From positions 32,553-96,552 of the forward strand of contig MEOH01000027.1 of NCBI GenBank assembly GCA_001769535.1: a stretch of DNA of 64,000 nucleotides, given 5' to 3'. Origin of the DNA: Bacteroidetes bacterium GWF2_38_335. Its GTDB lineage: Bacteria > Bacteroidota > Bacteroidia > Bacteroidales > GWF2-38-335. The number at the start of each line of letters is the position of its first letter. Positions within the stretch are counted from its first letter, which is position 1. Positions 37,932 through 45,886 of the stretch are shown piece after piece. The translations under genes and the position numbers were made by a program. The notes under the pieces were generated by a model, which saw only the letters and a program-made list of their open reading frames with translations, was not told where the DNA came from and did no database searches.

Positions 37932-39302
37932 ATGGAAAATCAGGTTTTAGCCGATATCAACACCATATTTATTGACAGGTTTAAAAACGAAAAGTCTGTC
38001 CTTTGCGAGGGCTCATCTGAGTTAATTAACAGCCACCGCGAAAAAGCTTTTGAAATTTTTCAGAAAACCGGAATTCCTACCAAAGCCGATGAAAGATACC
38101 GGTATATCACACTGGATCCTGTTTTCAGGGTTGATTACAAATCATATCTCAGAAAAAGGGACATACTTTTCAATATTGACGATGTTTTTCATTGTGATGT
38201 TCCCAATCTTGAAACACATACCATTTTATTGGTTAACGGCTGGTATCACGACAAGGAAAATCAATTGACAAGTCTGCCCGGTGGAGCAGTAATTGGCAGT
38301 TTCATGGCTGCTGCTCAAAAATATCCACGGTTATTTGAAAAATATTACGGAAAATATGCTGACCCGAATACAGACGGACTTACAGCCCTCAACACCGCTT
38401 TTGCACAGGACGGAATATTTCTGTATGTGCCGAAAGGGGTAATTCTTGATAAATCAATACAGATCATCAACATTTTGCTGTCTGATGAAGATGTGATGGC
38501 CCAGCCAAGAAACCTTTTCATTCTTGAAGAAAATTCTCAGGCACAAATCGTAGTTTGCGACCATACCCTTTCTTCACAAAGATTCCTGACCAACTCGGTT
38601 ACCGAAATAGCTGCCGGAAAAAACTCCCTTTTCGATTTTTATAAAATTCAAAATGAACACAACGGGTCTGTTCAGCTTTCATCAGTGTTTATAAATCAGA
38701 AAAAAGCAAGCAACGTTGTAAGTGGCGTTATTACTTTGCATGGCGGCATTATCCGAAACAACATCCACGTGAAACTCGAAGAGGAATATTGTGAAAACAG
38801 TACCATGGGACTGTATCTTTCGGATAAAGGACAACATGTTGATAATTATACATTTATTGATCACGCCAGTCCGAACTGCACCTCAAACGAACTTTTCAAA
38901 GGTGTGTTGGATGACTATGCCACCGGCGCATTTACCGGAAAAATCCTGGTAAGGAAAGATGCCCAAAACACAAGAGCATTCCAGGCAAACAACAACATAC
39001 TGCTCACCGATGACGCCAAGATCAATACCAAGCCGCAGCTTGAGATCTGGGCCGATGACGTGAAATGTTCACACGGAGCTACCGTGGGGCAACTTGATGA
39101 CAATGCACTTTTTTACCTGCGCTCAAGGGGAATTAATGAAAAGGAAGCCCGCATGCTGCTTATGTTCGGATTTACTTATGAAATCATGAACAAAATAAAA
39201 ATCGAACCATTGAAAATCAGAATCAGCAACCTCATTGAAAAACGGCTTCGTGGCGAACTTTCGAGATGTAATAGTTGTGTGATGAATTGTAGGGAATGTT
39301 AG
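37932..39302 (+). CDS. sufD: Fe-S cluster assembly protein SufD
   Basis: 456 aa. C-terminal SufD block TKPQLEIWADDVKCSHGATVGQLDDNALFYLRSRGI. Confidence 0.9.
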   Translation: MENQVLADINTIFIDRFKNEKSVLCEGSSELINSHREKAFEIFQKTGIPTKADERYRYITLDPVFRVDYKSYLRKRDILFNIDDVFHCDVPNLETHTILLVNGWYHDKENQLTSLPGGAVIGSFMAAAQKYPRLFEKYYGKYADPNTDGLTALNTAFAQDGIFLYVPKGVILDKSIQIINILLSDEDVMAQPRNLFILEENSQAQIVVCDHTLSSQRFLTNSVTEIAAGKNSLFDFYKIQNEHNGSVQLSSVFINQKKASNVVSGVITLHGGIIRNNIHVKLEEEYCENSTMGLYLSDKGQHVDNYTFIDHASPNCTSNELFKGVLDDYATGAFTGKILVRKDAQNTRAFQANNNILLTDDAKINTKPQLEIWADDVKCSHGATVGQLDDNALFYLRSRGINEKEARMLLMFGFTYEIMNKIKIEPLKIRISNLIEKRLRGELSRCNSCVMNCREC

Positions 39303-39715
39303 TTGGGGGGTTATAGGTTATGGGTTATGAGTTATAAGTGATGGGTAAATGTTCTTAAATTCTGATGAGCAAACGGCCTGAAAGGCCAGGTCAATTCAGC
39401 CCGGGGCAGCGCCCCGGGAATGATTATGCAATGAAAAACCGCCGGCCGTAATCTGTTAAAAACCAAAACTCCGTTCCGGCGGAAATGAAAGGGGGAGTTT
39501 GGAGTATAGGGGTTGGGGTTAAGATTGTTGTGGAGTAAAAACTCCGAAGGAGTTGCCCAATCATAGCCCCGGATTTCAATCCGGGGTTTGAAAGATTTGA
39601 AAAACACCGCCGGCCGTAATCATTTTAGAACTAAAAATACTGTTCCGGCGGAAATGGATGAGGAGGTTTAGGGTTTGGGTTGTGGGTGATGGATTATAGG
39701 TTAGATTACGAAAAA
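39303..39715. repeat. Mosaic hairpin/stutter repeat block inside the suf operon (sufD|sufS)
   Basis: GGTTATAGGTTATGGGTTATGAGTTATAAGTGATGGG stutter after the sufD stop. Modules at 39384-39418 (shared with 43341-43375), 39434-39487 and 39601-39657 (CCGCCGG..CCGGCGG), and 39511-39588 (shared with 2306-2384). Terminal GGTTTAGGGTTTGGGTTGTGGGTGATGG stutter. ORF 39332..39607 is a repeat translation. Confidence 0.85.
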
Positions 39716-39726
39716 ATAATTAAACA

Positions 39727-40947
39727 GTGATACAAAACATTAAAAAAATCAGGGAAGATTTTCCGATTCTGAGTCAGACAGCATACGGAAAACCATTGGT
39801 ATATTTCGATAATGCGGCCACCACACAAAAACCATCGACTGTGTTGGACATCATGGACGAGTATTATAAAAATTACAACGGCAACATCCACCGTGGCGTG
39901 CATTTTATGAGTGACAAAGCCACTGCAGGTTTTGAAAAAGCCAGAAAAACCGTTCAGAAATTTATCAATGCCTCATCCGACAGAGAAATAATATTTACTT
40001 CGGGAACCACAGGATCAATCAATCTTGTGGCAAGTTCCTTTGGTGAAAAATTTGTGGGAGAAGGAGATGAAATCATCGTTTCAGAAATGGAACACCATTC
40101 AAACATCGTTCCCTGGCAACTTCTCTGCGAAAGAAAAAAAGCAGTCCTGAAAGTGATTCCCTTCAACTTAAAAGGCGAGCTTGAATACGACAAAATTCCG
40201 TCGCTGATTTCTGAAAAAACAAAACTTATATCGGTAACCCATATTTCAAATGCACTGGGAACAGTCAATGACATCAGGCAAATCATTGGACTTGCTCATA
40301 AAAACAACATTCCGGTTCTGATTGACGGCGCCCAGGCCATCCAACATCTGAAAGTGGATGTGCAGGAACTGGATTGTGATTTTTATGCTTTCTCCGGACA
40401 TAAAATATATGGTCCGACCGGCACCGGAGTCCTTTACGGAAAAGAAAGCTGGCTCGAAAAAATGCCGCCCTATCAGGGAGGTGGAGAGATGATCAGAAAA
40501 GTGTCCTTCAAAAAAACCACTTTCAACGACCTGCCTTTTAAATTTGAGGCCGGAACGCCCAATTATATCGGTGCAATCGGAATGGGCGCAGCCATAGAAT
40601 ATGTCCAGAACCTCGGAATAGAAAATATCGCTGAAGCAGAAAATGAACTTTTGAATTACGGAACAAAGAAACTCAGTGAATTTGAAGAGATTGTTTTTTA
40701 CGGAACAGCCGAAAAAAAGGCCTCAGTCATTTCATTCCTGTTCAACAACCTGAACCCCTACGACGTAGGCACTATCCTCGATAAACTCGGAATAGCCGTA
40801 AGAACAGGCACCCACTGCACCGAACCGCTGATGGAAAAATTCAACATCACCGGAACAGTGCGTGCATCCTTTGCCTTTTATAATACAAAGGAGGAAATAG
40901 ACAAACTGATTGAGGGTCTGGTCAAGGTCAAAAAACTTTTCGGATAA
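39727..40947 (+). CDS. sufS: Cysteine desulfurase SufS (GTG start)
   Basis: 406 aa. IREDFPIL, FSGHKIYGPTGTG (PLP lysine), RTGTHCTEP (catalytic Cys). Confidence 0.95.
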   Translation: MIQNIKKIREDFPILSQTAYGKPLVYFDNAATTQKPSTVLDIMDEYYKNYNGNIHRGVHFMSDKATAGFEKARKTVQKFINASSDREIIFTSGTTGSINLVASSFGEKFVGEGDEIIVSEMEHHSNIVPWQLLCERKKAVLKVIPFNLKGELEYDKIPSLISEKTKLISVTHISNALGTVNDIRQIIGLAHKNNIPVLIDGAQAIQHLKVDVQELDCDFYAFSGHKIYGPTGTGVLYGKESWLEKMPPYQGGGEMIRKVSFKKTTFNDLPFKFEAGTPNYIGAIGMGAAIEYVQNLGIENIAEAENELLNYGTKKLSEFEEIVFYGTAEKKASVISFLFNNLNPYDVGTILDKLGIAVRTGTHCTEPLMEKFNITGTVRASFAFYNTKEEIDKLIEGLVKVKKLFG

Positions 40948-40999
40948 TGCTTTTTGTAAAAAGCACTTTAATAATTTGCTTTTTGTAAAAACTATTTTG

Positions 41000-41007
41000 T
41001 ATATTTG
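41000..41007 (+). promoter_or_regulatory. Candidate -7 promoter box (TAnnTTTG) for the ATPase gene
   Basis: TATATTTG 20 nt upstream of ATG 41027, within three TGCTTTTT(G/A)TAAA direct repeats spanning 40948-41018. Confidence 0.4.
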
Positions 41008-41026
41008 CTTTTTAAAGACAGCAATT

Positions 41027-42208
41027 ATGGAAATTTTAATTGAGAAATCCGAAAAAAAAGCCAAATTAATATCTGGGAAAAAAAGGAGATATTTATTTGA
41101 TCAGATTGATTGGAGTCAACGGCTTATAGTAATTCTTGGCTATAGGGGCACAGGCAAAACCACACTTATATTGCAACACTTGTCAGTTATCAAAGAAAAA
41201 GGCATTTATTTGAGTATGGATGACCTTTATTTTGAAACACATCGGCTTGTTGAAACGGTCGGAAAATTATATGATTTGGGGTATAGGACTTTTCTTGTTG
41301 ATGAGGTACACAGGTATGGCTGGTGGTCGAAAGATTTAAAACAACTTTATGACGATTATGAAGACATAAAAGTCATAGCGACCGGTTCTTCGATCCTTAA
41401 TATTTCAAAAGGCAGCGCAGATCTTTCGCGCAGAGCTGCCATCTATTACCTTCATGGGTTATCTTTCAGGGAATATCTCAGTTTTCAGAAAAACATTAAT
41501 TTGCCCCCATTGAAATTGGAGGATATCTTAAACAATCATCATGTTATTGCGCCCGACTTGGTTGATTCTTTTAACTATAATAAAGATTTTCAGCATTACC
41601 TTGAATATGGGTTTTACCCATTCTTTATGGAGGCAAAACAAACCTATTATCAGAAATTGCTGGAAACAATAAATCTGGTAATTGATACAGATATTGCGCC
41701 ATTTGAGGATTTGCAGCATTCCACAACAAGGACTATGAAAAAACTTTTATATGTACTGAGTGAGTCTGTGCCGTTTACACCAAATATCAATAAACTTTCC
41801 GATAAGCTGGAAACACCGAGAAATACTATTTTGAGAATTCTTGACTTTTTGGACAAGGCACAAATAATTCAATTATTAAAAACATCTGTAAAAGGGGTCA
41901 GTTATTTGCAGAAGCCAGAAAAAGTCTATCTGCAAAACACAAATTTTGTTTACATGTTCTCGCCAAGGCAGGCCAATGTTGGCAATGTTAGGGAAACTTT
42001 TTTTTTAAATCAGCTAAACGTTGTTCATGAGGTTACCTCAGCAAGGTTCGGCGATTTCATGGTTGATGCTACCTATGCGTTTGAAGTCGGAGGACCTTCA
42101 AAAACCAATGAGCAAATTCGCGGAGTTCCAAATGCATACCTGGCTCTGCACATAGAAAGCGGGAATACAAATAGAATACCTCTGTGGCTATTTGGGATGT
42201 TGTACTAA
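41027..42208 (+). CDS. AAA-type ATP-binding protein with DUF4143-like C-terminal region
   Basis: ATG at 41027 (MEILIEKSEKK). Walker A GYRGTGKTT, Walker B TFLVDEVH. AAA_14/DUF4143-type layout. Inserted between sufS and sufE. Confidence 0.7.
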   Translation: MEILIEKSEKKAKLISGKKRRYLFDQIDWSQRLIVILGYRGTGKTTLILQHLSVIKEKGIYLSMDDLYFETHRLVETVGKLYDLGYRTFLVDEVHRYGWWSKDLKQLYDDYEDIKVIATGSSILNISKGSADLSRRAAIYYLHGLSFREYLSFQKNINLPPLKLEDILNNHHVIAPDLVDSFNYNKDFQHYLEYGFYPFFMEAKQTYYQKLLETINLVIDTDIAPFEDLQHSTTRTMKKLLYVLSESVPFTPNINKLSDKLETPRNTILRILDFLDKAQIIQLLKTSVKGVSYLQKPEKVYLQNTNFVYMFSPRQANVGNVRETFFLNQLNVVHEVTSARFGDFMVDATYAFEVGGPSKTNEQIRGVPNAYLALHIESGNTNRIPLWLFGMLY

Positions 42209-42325
42209 AGTGAAGCTAATCATCGTTAATTGATGCTCAGTAAAAGGGGAATATAAAAATCTTCTTGCGTAGAAATATGAACCTAAAGACAATCTCAAGT
42301 GTTATAATACTAAATTGGAATTCTT

Positions 42326-42333
42326 TATATTTG
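42326..42333 (+). promoter_or_regulatory. Candidate -7 promoter box (TAnnTTTG) before sufE
   Basis: TTCTTTATATTTGTTGG, with TATATTTG 50 nt upstream of ATG 42383. Confidence 0.35.
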
Positions 42334-42382
42334 TTGGTTATTTAAAAAAGAGCAAGCAACTTTCTTGCAAAAAAGAAATTAT

Positions 42383-42808
42383 ATGAACATCGAAGAAAAA
42401 CAAATTGAGATAATCGAAGAATTCAGCGCCTTCGACGACTGGATGGACAAATACGAGTACCTCATTGACCTGGGAAAAGAACTTCCTGCTATTGCCCCCG
42501 AACTGAAAACAGAGGAAAACCTCATTGAGGGCTGCCAGTCGAAGGTATGGGTAGATGCCGAACTAAAAGACGGTAAAGTATACTTCACAGCCGACAGCGA
42601 CGCCATCATCACCAAGGGAATTATTTCATTGCTGATAAAAGTACTATCTAGCCAGCCGCCAAAAGATATTTACGAAGCCGATTTATTTTTTGTGAAGCAG
42701 ATCGGACTGGATCAACATTTGTCGCCCACCCGCTCGAACGGACTCCTTTCCATGATCAAACAAATGAAAATGTATGCGCTGGCTTATCAAACAAAAATGA
42801 ACGGATGA
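42383..42808 (+). CDS. sufE: SufE-family sulfur acceptor protein
   Basis: ATG at 42383 (MNIEEKQ). EGCQSKVWV motif with the acceptor Cys, and GLLSMIKQMK. Confidence 0.88.
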   Translation: MNIEEKQIEIIEEFSAFDDWMDKYEYLIDLGKELPAIAPELKTEENLIEGCQSKVWVDAELKDGKVYFTADSDAIITKGIISLLIKVLSSQPPKDIYEADLFFVKQIGLDQHLSPTRSNGLLSMIKQMKMYALAYQTKMNG

Positions 42809-43131
42809 TGAAAACAACAGGAAAACACAAAGAGCTTGAAAATGCTATCGTTACTGTGCTTGAGCACATTTACGATCCCGAAATACCGGTGAACATTCTG
42901 GACCTCGGGCTCATTTACGAACTGAATATTGACGACGAAAAAAACGTGGAGATCGTCATGACCCTCACAGCTCCCAACTGTCCCATGGCCGAGGATCTTG
43001 TTTACGAAGTCAACGAAAAAACCAACAACATTCCCGATGTTAAAAAATCAACGGTAAAACTCGTATTCGACCCACCCTGGGATAAAAGCATGCTCAGCGA
43101 TGAGGCGTTGCTGGAGTTGGGGTTGCTTTAG
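42805..43131 (+). CDS. DUF59-type SUF system Fe-S assembly protein
   Basis: 108 aa. IYDPEIPVNILDLGLIY and MTLTAPNCPMAE. 4-nt overlap with sufE. Confidence 0.88.
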   Translation: MMKTTGKHKELENAIVTVLEHIYDPEIPVNILDLGLIYELNIDDEKNVEIVMTLTAPNCPMAEDLVYEVNEKTNNIPDVKKSTVKLVFDPPWDKSMLSDEALLELGLL

Positions 43132-43385
43132 GTTAGGGGTTTCGGGTTTGTGGTTTCTGGTTTGTTCTTTTTGTTTATTTGTTTAGATGTGTAGATGTTT
43201 AATTGTTCGCTTAGTTTTTTTTATTCCTTTTGTTCATTAGTTCTTTTTTGGAGGTTTGAAGGATTCGGAAAAACCGACCTTTGATCGCTCCGTTTTCCCA
43301 CGGTCTGACCACCTTGGCTGAAGCTTTGGTGGTTAAAAAGGGCCAGGTCAATTCAGCCCCGGCTAACGGCCGGGGTTAATAAAAC
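43132..43385. repeat. Mosaic hairpin/stutter repeat block after the suf operon
   Basis: GGTTAGGGGTTTCGGGTTTGTGGTTTCTGGTTTG stutter directly after the stop. TTGTTCTTTTTGTTTATTTGTTTAGATGTGTAGATG stutter. Module 43341-43375 shared with 39384-39418. Half-module AAAACCGCCGGACG at 43392. Confidence 0.8.
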
Positions 43386-43640
43386 GTGAACAAAACCGCC
43401 GGACGTGAAGTTCGCCTATATCCTAATCCAAATAAAGGAATGTTTAATCTATTTGTTTCCGGGGATGTATCATCCTTTGGAGAAATTGAAATATTTAACA
43501 TGCTCGGAAATGTCATTTTTCGAAAAAGAATAACTGGAAGTGAAACGGAGATTGATATTTCAGATAAACCAAATGGAGTTTATTATATTAAGGCAACAAT
43601 TAATAATTCGGTTTTTGTAGAAAGGGTTATTAAACAGTAA
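43386..43640 (+). pseudogene. Orphan T9SS type A C-terminal sorting domain (remnant of a secreted-protein gene)
   Basis: An 84-aa frame with only a GTG start, two TAA codons just upstream and no signal peptide. LYPNPNKGMFNLFV...NGVYYIKATINNSVFVERVIKQ is a complete Por_Secre_tail-type CTD with no cargo. Its N-terminal codons are repeat-module sequence. Confidence 0.6.
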
Positions 43641-43648
43641 AAGAAATT

Positions 43649-43672
43649 AGCCCCCGCTTGGGGCTTTTTTTT
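43649..43672. terminator. Intrinsic terminator
   Basis: AGCCCC-CGCTT-GGGGCT followed by T8. Lies between the CTD remnant and the convergent S46 peptidase gene. Confidence 0.7.
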
Positions 43673-43675
43673 CTT

Positions 43676-45823
43676 CTACTCCACAACATCCAGCTCGTCA
43701 ATAATATTCTGTGCCCCCGCAACCTTATCTATAACAAATAAAAGATAACGGGCATCCATGCAGATGGTACGCTGAAGTTTGGGCTCAAACTCAATGTCAC
43801 CGCTCATGGCTTCCCAGTTTCCATCGAAGGCCAGACCAATAAGGTTCCCGTCGCCGTCAATGACCGGACTGCCTGAGTTGCCTCCGGTGATATCGTTGTT
43901 GGTGATGAAGTTGACATACATTTCTCCGTCTTTTCCATATCGTCCGTATTCCTTTTTCGCATAAAGTTCCTTCAGCTTTTCACCAATATGAAATTCCCAG
44001 TCGTTGGGCTTTTCCTTTTCCATAACGCCTTTCAGAGTGGTAAAATAATCGTAGTGAACGGCGTCGGCCGGGTAATAATCCATAACCGTTCCATAAGTGA
44101 GCCGCATGGTTGAATTGGCATCCGGAGCAAATTTCTTGTCGGGCATCATTTCCCTGATTCCCTTGATAAATAACCTGTTTCCTTTATTCAGCAATTCATC
44201 TGCCTCGGATGATAACTGTGCTGCCTGCTGATAGGATTCAACAAATGCAGTCATGAGCAGATAACCGGGATCCTGACTGAAAGATTTTGGGTTTTCAATC
44301 AGCGCCATCATTTTTTCATTTGATGCAAAAACCGACTCAGTATAAATATAATCAGCATACTTTGCAAAATCGCCTTTGTATTTCTTCTTCATTTTAATGA
44401 AATATGCCGGTTGAAACTGTTCTTCCACATTTTTACTGTACATGTCCATCATGGCTATGAAAAGTTTTTTATCGGCGGGCAAATTATAATCCTTAAAGAA
44501 TTTTTCTGTTTCCTTTTTCCTTTCTGCCAAAAAAGTTTCTCGATTCAGTTTTTCAAAATTACTCTCAATGGCCATCTGAAATCTTCTTGACATCAGAGCA
44601 AAACGCAACAATTCATTTCCCTGATAAATGGCTTCGTTAAAATAATTGGTGGCTACCTCATATTTTTCAAGAATCTCATAAGCAGATTTGATATCTCTCA
44701 TGCAATTTCCATATTCGTTGATGCGGTCATCCTCGCGCCTCATCCACAAATCGAATTTTGTCTCAAGTTCCTGTTTTCTTTCCAATACCCTGTTCCTCTT
44801 CAACTGTTTTGCCTGCCCGATATAATATTTCCAGTAGTTGCTGATCCTTGCCTGTTTGGATGCGTACTGAATGCGTACATTATCATCTTCATCCATGGCC
44901 TGCCTCATGATTTCGAGGATTTTTGTACGGACACTCACAATGGTTGGAGCTGTTTTATCAAGCAGCATTTTTACTCCGAACGATGTCATGTGTCGCTCTG
45001 TCCTTCCGGGGTAGCCCAGAATCATGGCATAATCGCCTTGTTTTACTCCTTTAATTGATATGGGAAGATGGTGTTTGGGCTTCATGGGAACATTGTCTTT
45101 CGAATAGGCTGCAGGTTTGCCATCCGGAGCCGTATAAACCCTAAACAGGCAGAAATCGCCTTTGTGACGCGGCCACATCCAGTTGTCGGTATCAGCACCG
45201 AATTTGCCGATGTACCATGGCGGCGCACCGACCATTCTTACGTCCTGATATATTTCATACACGAAAAGATAAAATTCATTGCCTCCAAAAAATGCACTGA
45301 TCTGTGTTTTGTAGTGTGTGTCGCCCTTAGCTTCTTTTTCAATCGCCTTACATTTTTCTTCAATTTGTTTGTTTCTTTCAGATTCCGAGATTCCTTCCTT
45401 GATGCCATCCAGCACTTTTGAAGTCACATCTTCGATCCTGATTAAAAAAGAAACCGTCAAACCCGCATTAGGAAGCTCCTCAGCCATATTTTTTGCCCAA
45501 AAACCGTTGGTCAGATAATCATTCTCGGGTGAGCTGTGTGCCTGAATCTGTCCCAATCCGCAATGGTGGTTCGTAAGAATAAGTCCCTTATCAGAAATCA
45601 CCTCGCCGGTACATCCGCCGCCAAACATGACTATGGCATCTTTCAGACTTGATTTGTTTACGCTGTAAATTTCTTCGGCAGATAATCTGCAGCCCTTTTT
45701 CTGCATGTCTTCATAATTGAGCCGGTTCACAAACAGTGGCAGCCACATGCCTTCGTCGGCCCGTGCAATAAATGAAGTTAAAAGCAAAGAGATAAGAGAG
45801 AAACTGAGAACTATTTTTTTCAT
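43676..45823 (-). CDS. S46-family dipeptidyl-peptidase (DPP7/DPP11-like)
   Basis: ATG at 45823 (MKKIVLSFSLISLL signal peptide). ADEGMWLP at the mature N-terminus, TNHHCG (His), GGNSGSPV (Ser). Confidence 0.9.
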   Translation of the reverse strand: MKKIVLSFSLISLLLTSFIARADEGMWLPLFVNRLNYEDMQKKGCRLSAEEIYSVNKSSLKDAIVMFGGGCTGEVISDKGLILTNHHCGLGQIQAHSSPENDYLTNGFWAKNMAEELPNAGLTVSFLIRIEDVTSKVLDGIKEGISESERNKQIEEKCKAIEKEAKGDTHYKTQISAFFGGNEFYLFVYEIYQDVRMVGAPPWYIGKFGADTDNWMWPRHKGDFCLFRVYTAPDGKPAAYSKDNVPMKPKHHLPISIKGVKQGDYAMILGYPGRTERHMTSFGVKMLLDKTAPTIVSVRTKILEIMRQAMDEDDNVRIQYASKQARISNYWKYYIGQAKQLKRNRVLERKQELETKFDLWMRREDDRINEYGNCMRDIKSAYEILEKYEVATNYFNEAIYQGNELLRFALMSRRFQMAIESNFEKLNRETFLAERKKETEKFFKDYNLPADKKLFIAMMDMYSKNVEEQFQPAYFIKMKKKYKGDFAKYADYIYTESVFASNEKMMALIENPKSFSQDPGYLLMTAFVESYQQAAQLSSEADELLNKGNRLFIKGIREMMPDKKFAPDANSTMRLTYGTVMDYYPADAVHYDYFTTLKGVMEKEKPNDWEFHIGEKLKELYAKKEYGRYGKDGEMYVNFITNNDITGGNSGSPVIDGDGNLIGLAFDGNWEAMSGDIEFEPKLQRTICMDARYLLFVIDKVAGAQNIIDELDVVE

Positions 45824-45886
45824 TTTACAGATTTTGAAAATTAATATGTAAAGATAGGAAATTGTAGAAATGCACACGGTGCCTCT

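Noticed and set aside
40910-41026. N-terminal extensions offered by the ORF track: 40910 for the ATPase, 45877 for the S46 peptidase, 51811 for the C1 peptidase, 50136 for MmcQ/YjbR, 30992 for lysS, 20971 for ykgJ, 19685 for the acyltransferase and 58936 for selenoprotein B
   Set aside because: The extensions overlap upstream genes or intergenic repeats, or start at non-ATG codons. Internal ATGs give canonical signal peptides or family-typical N-termini.
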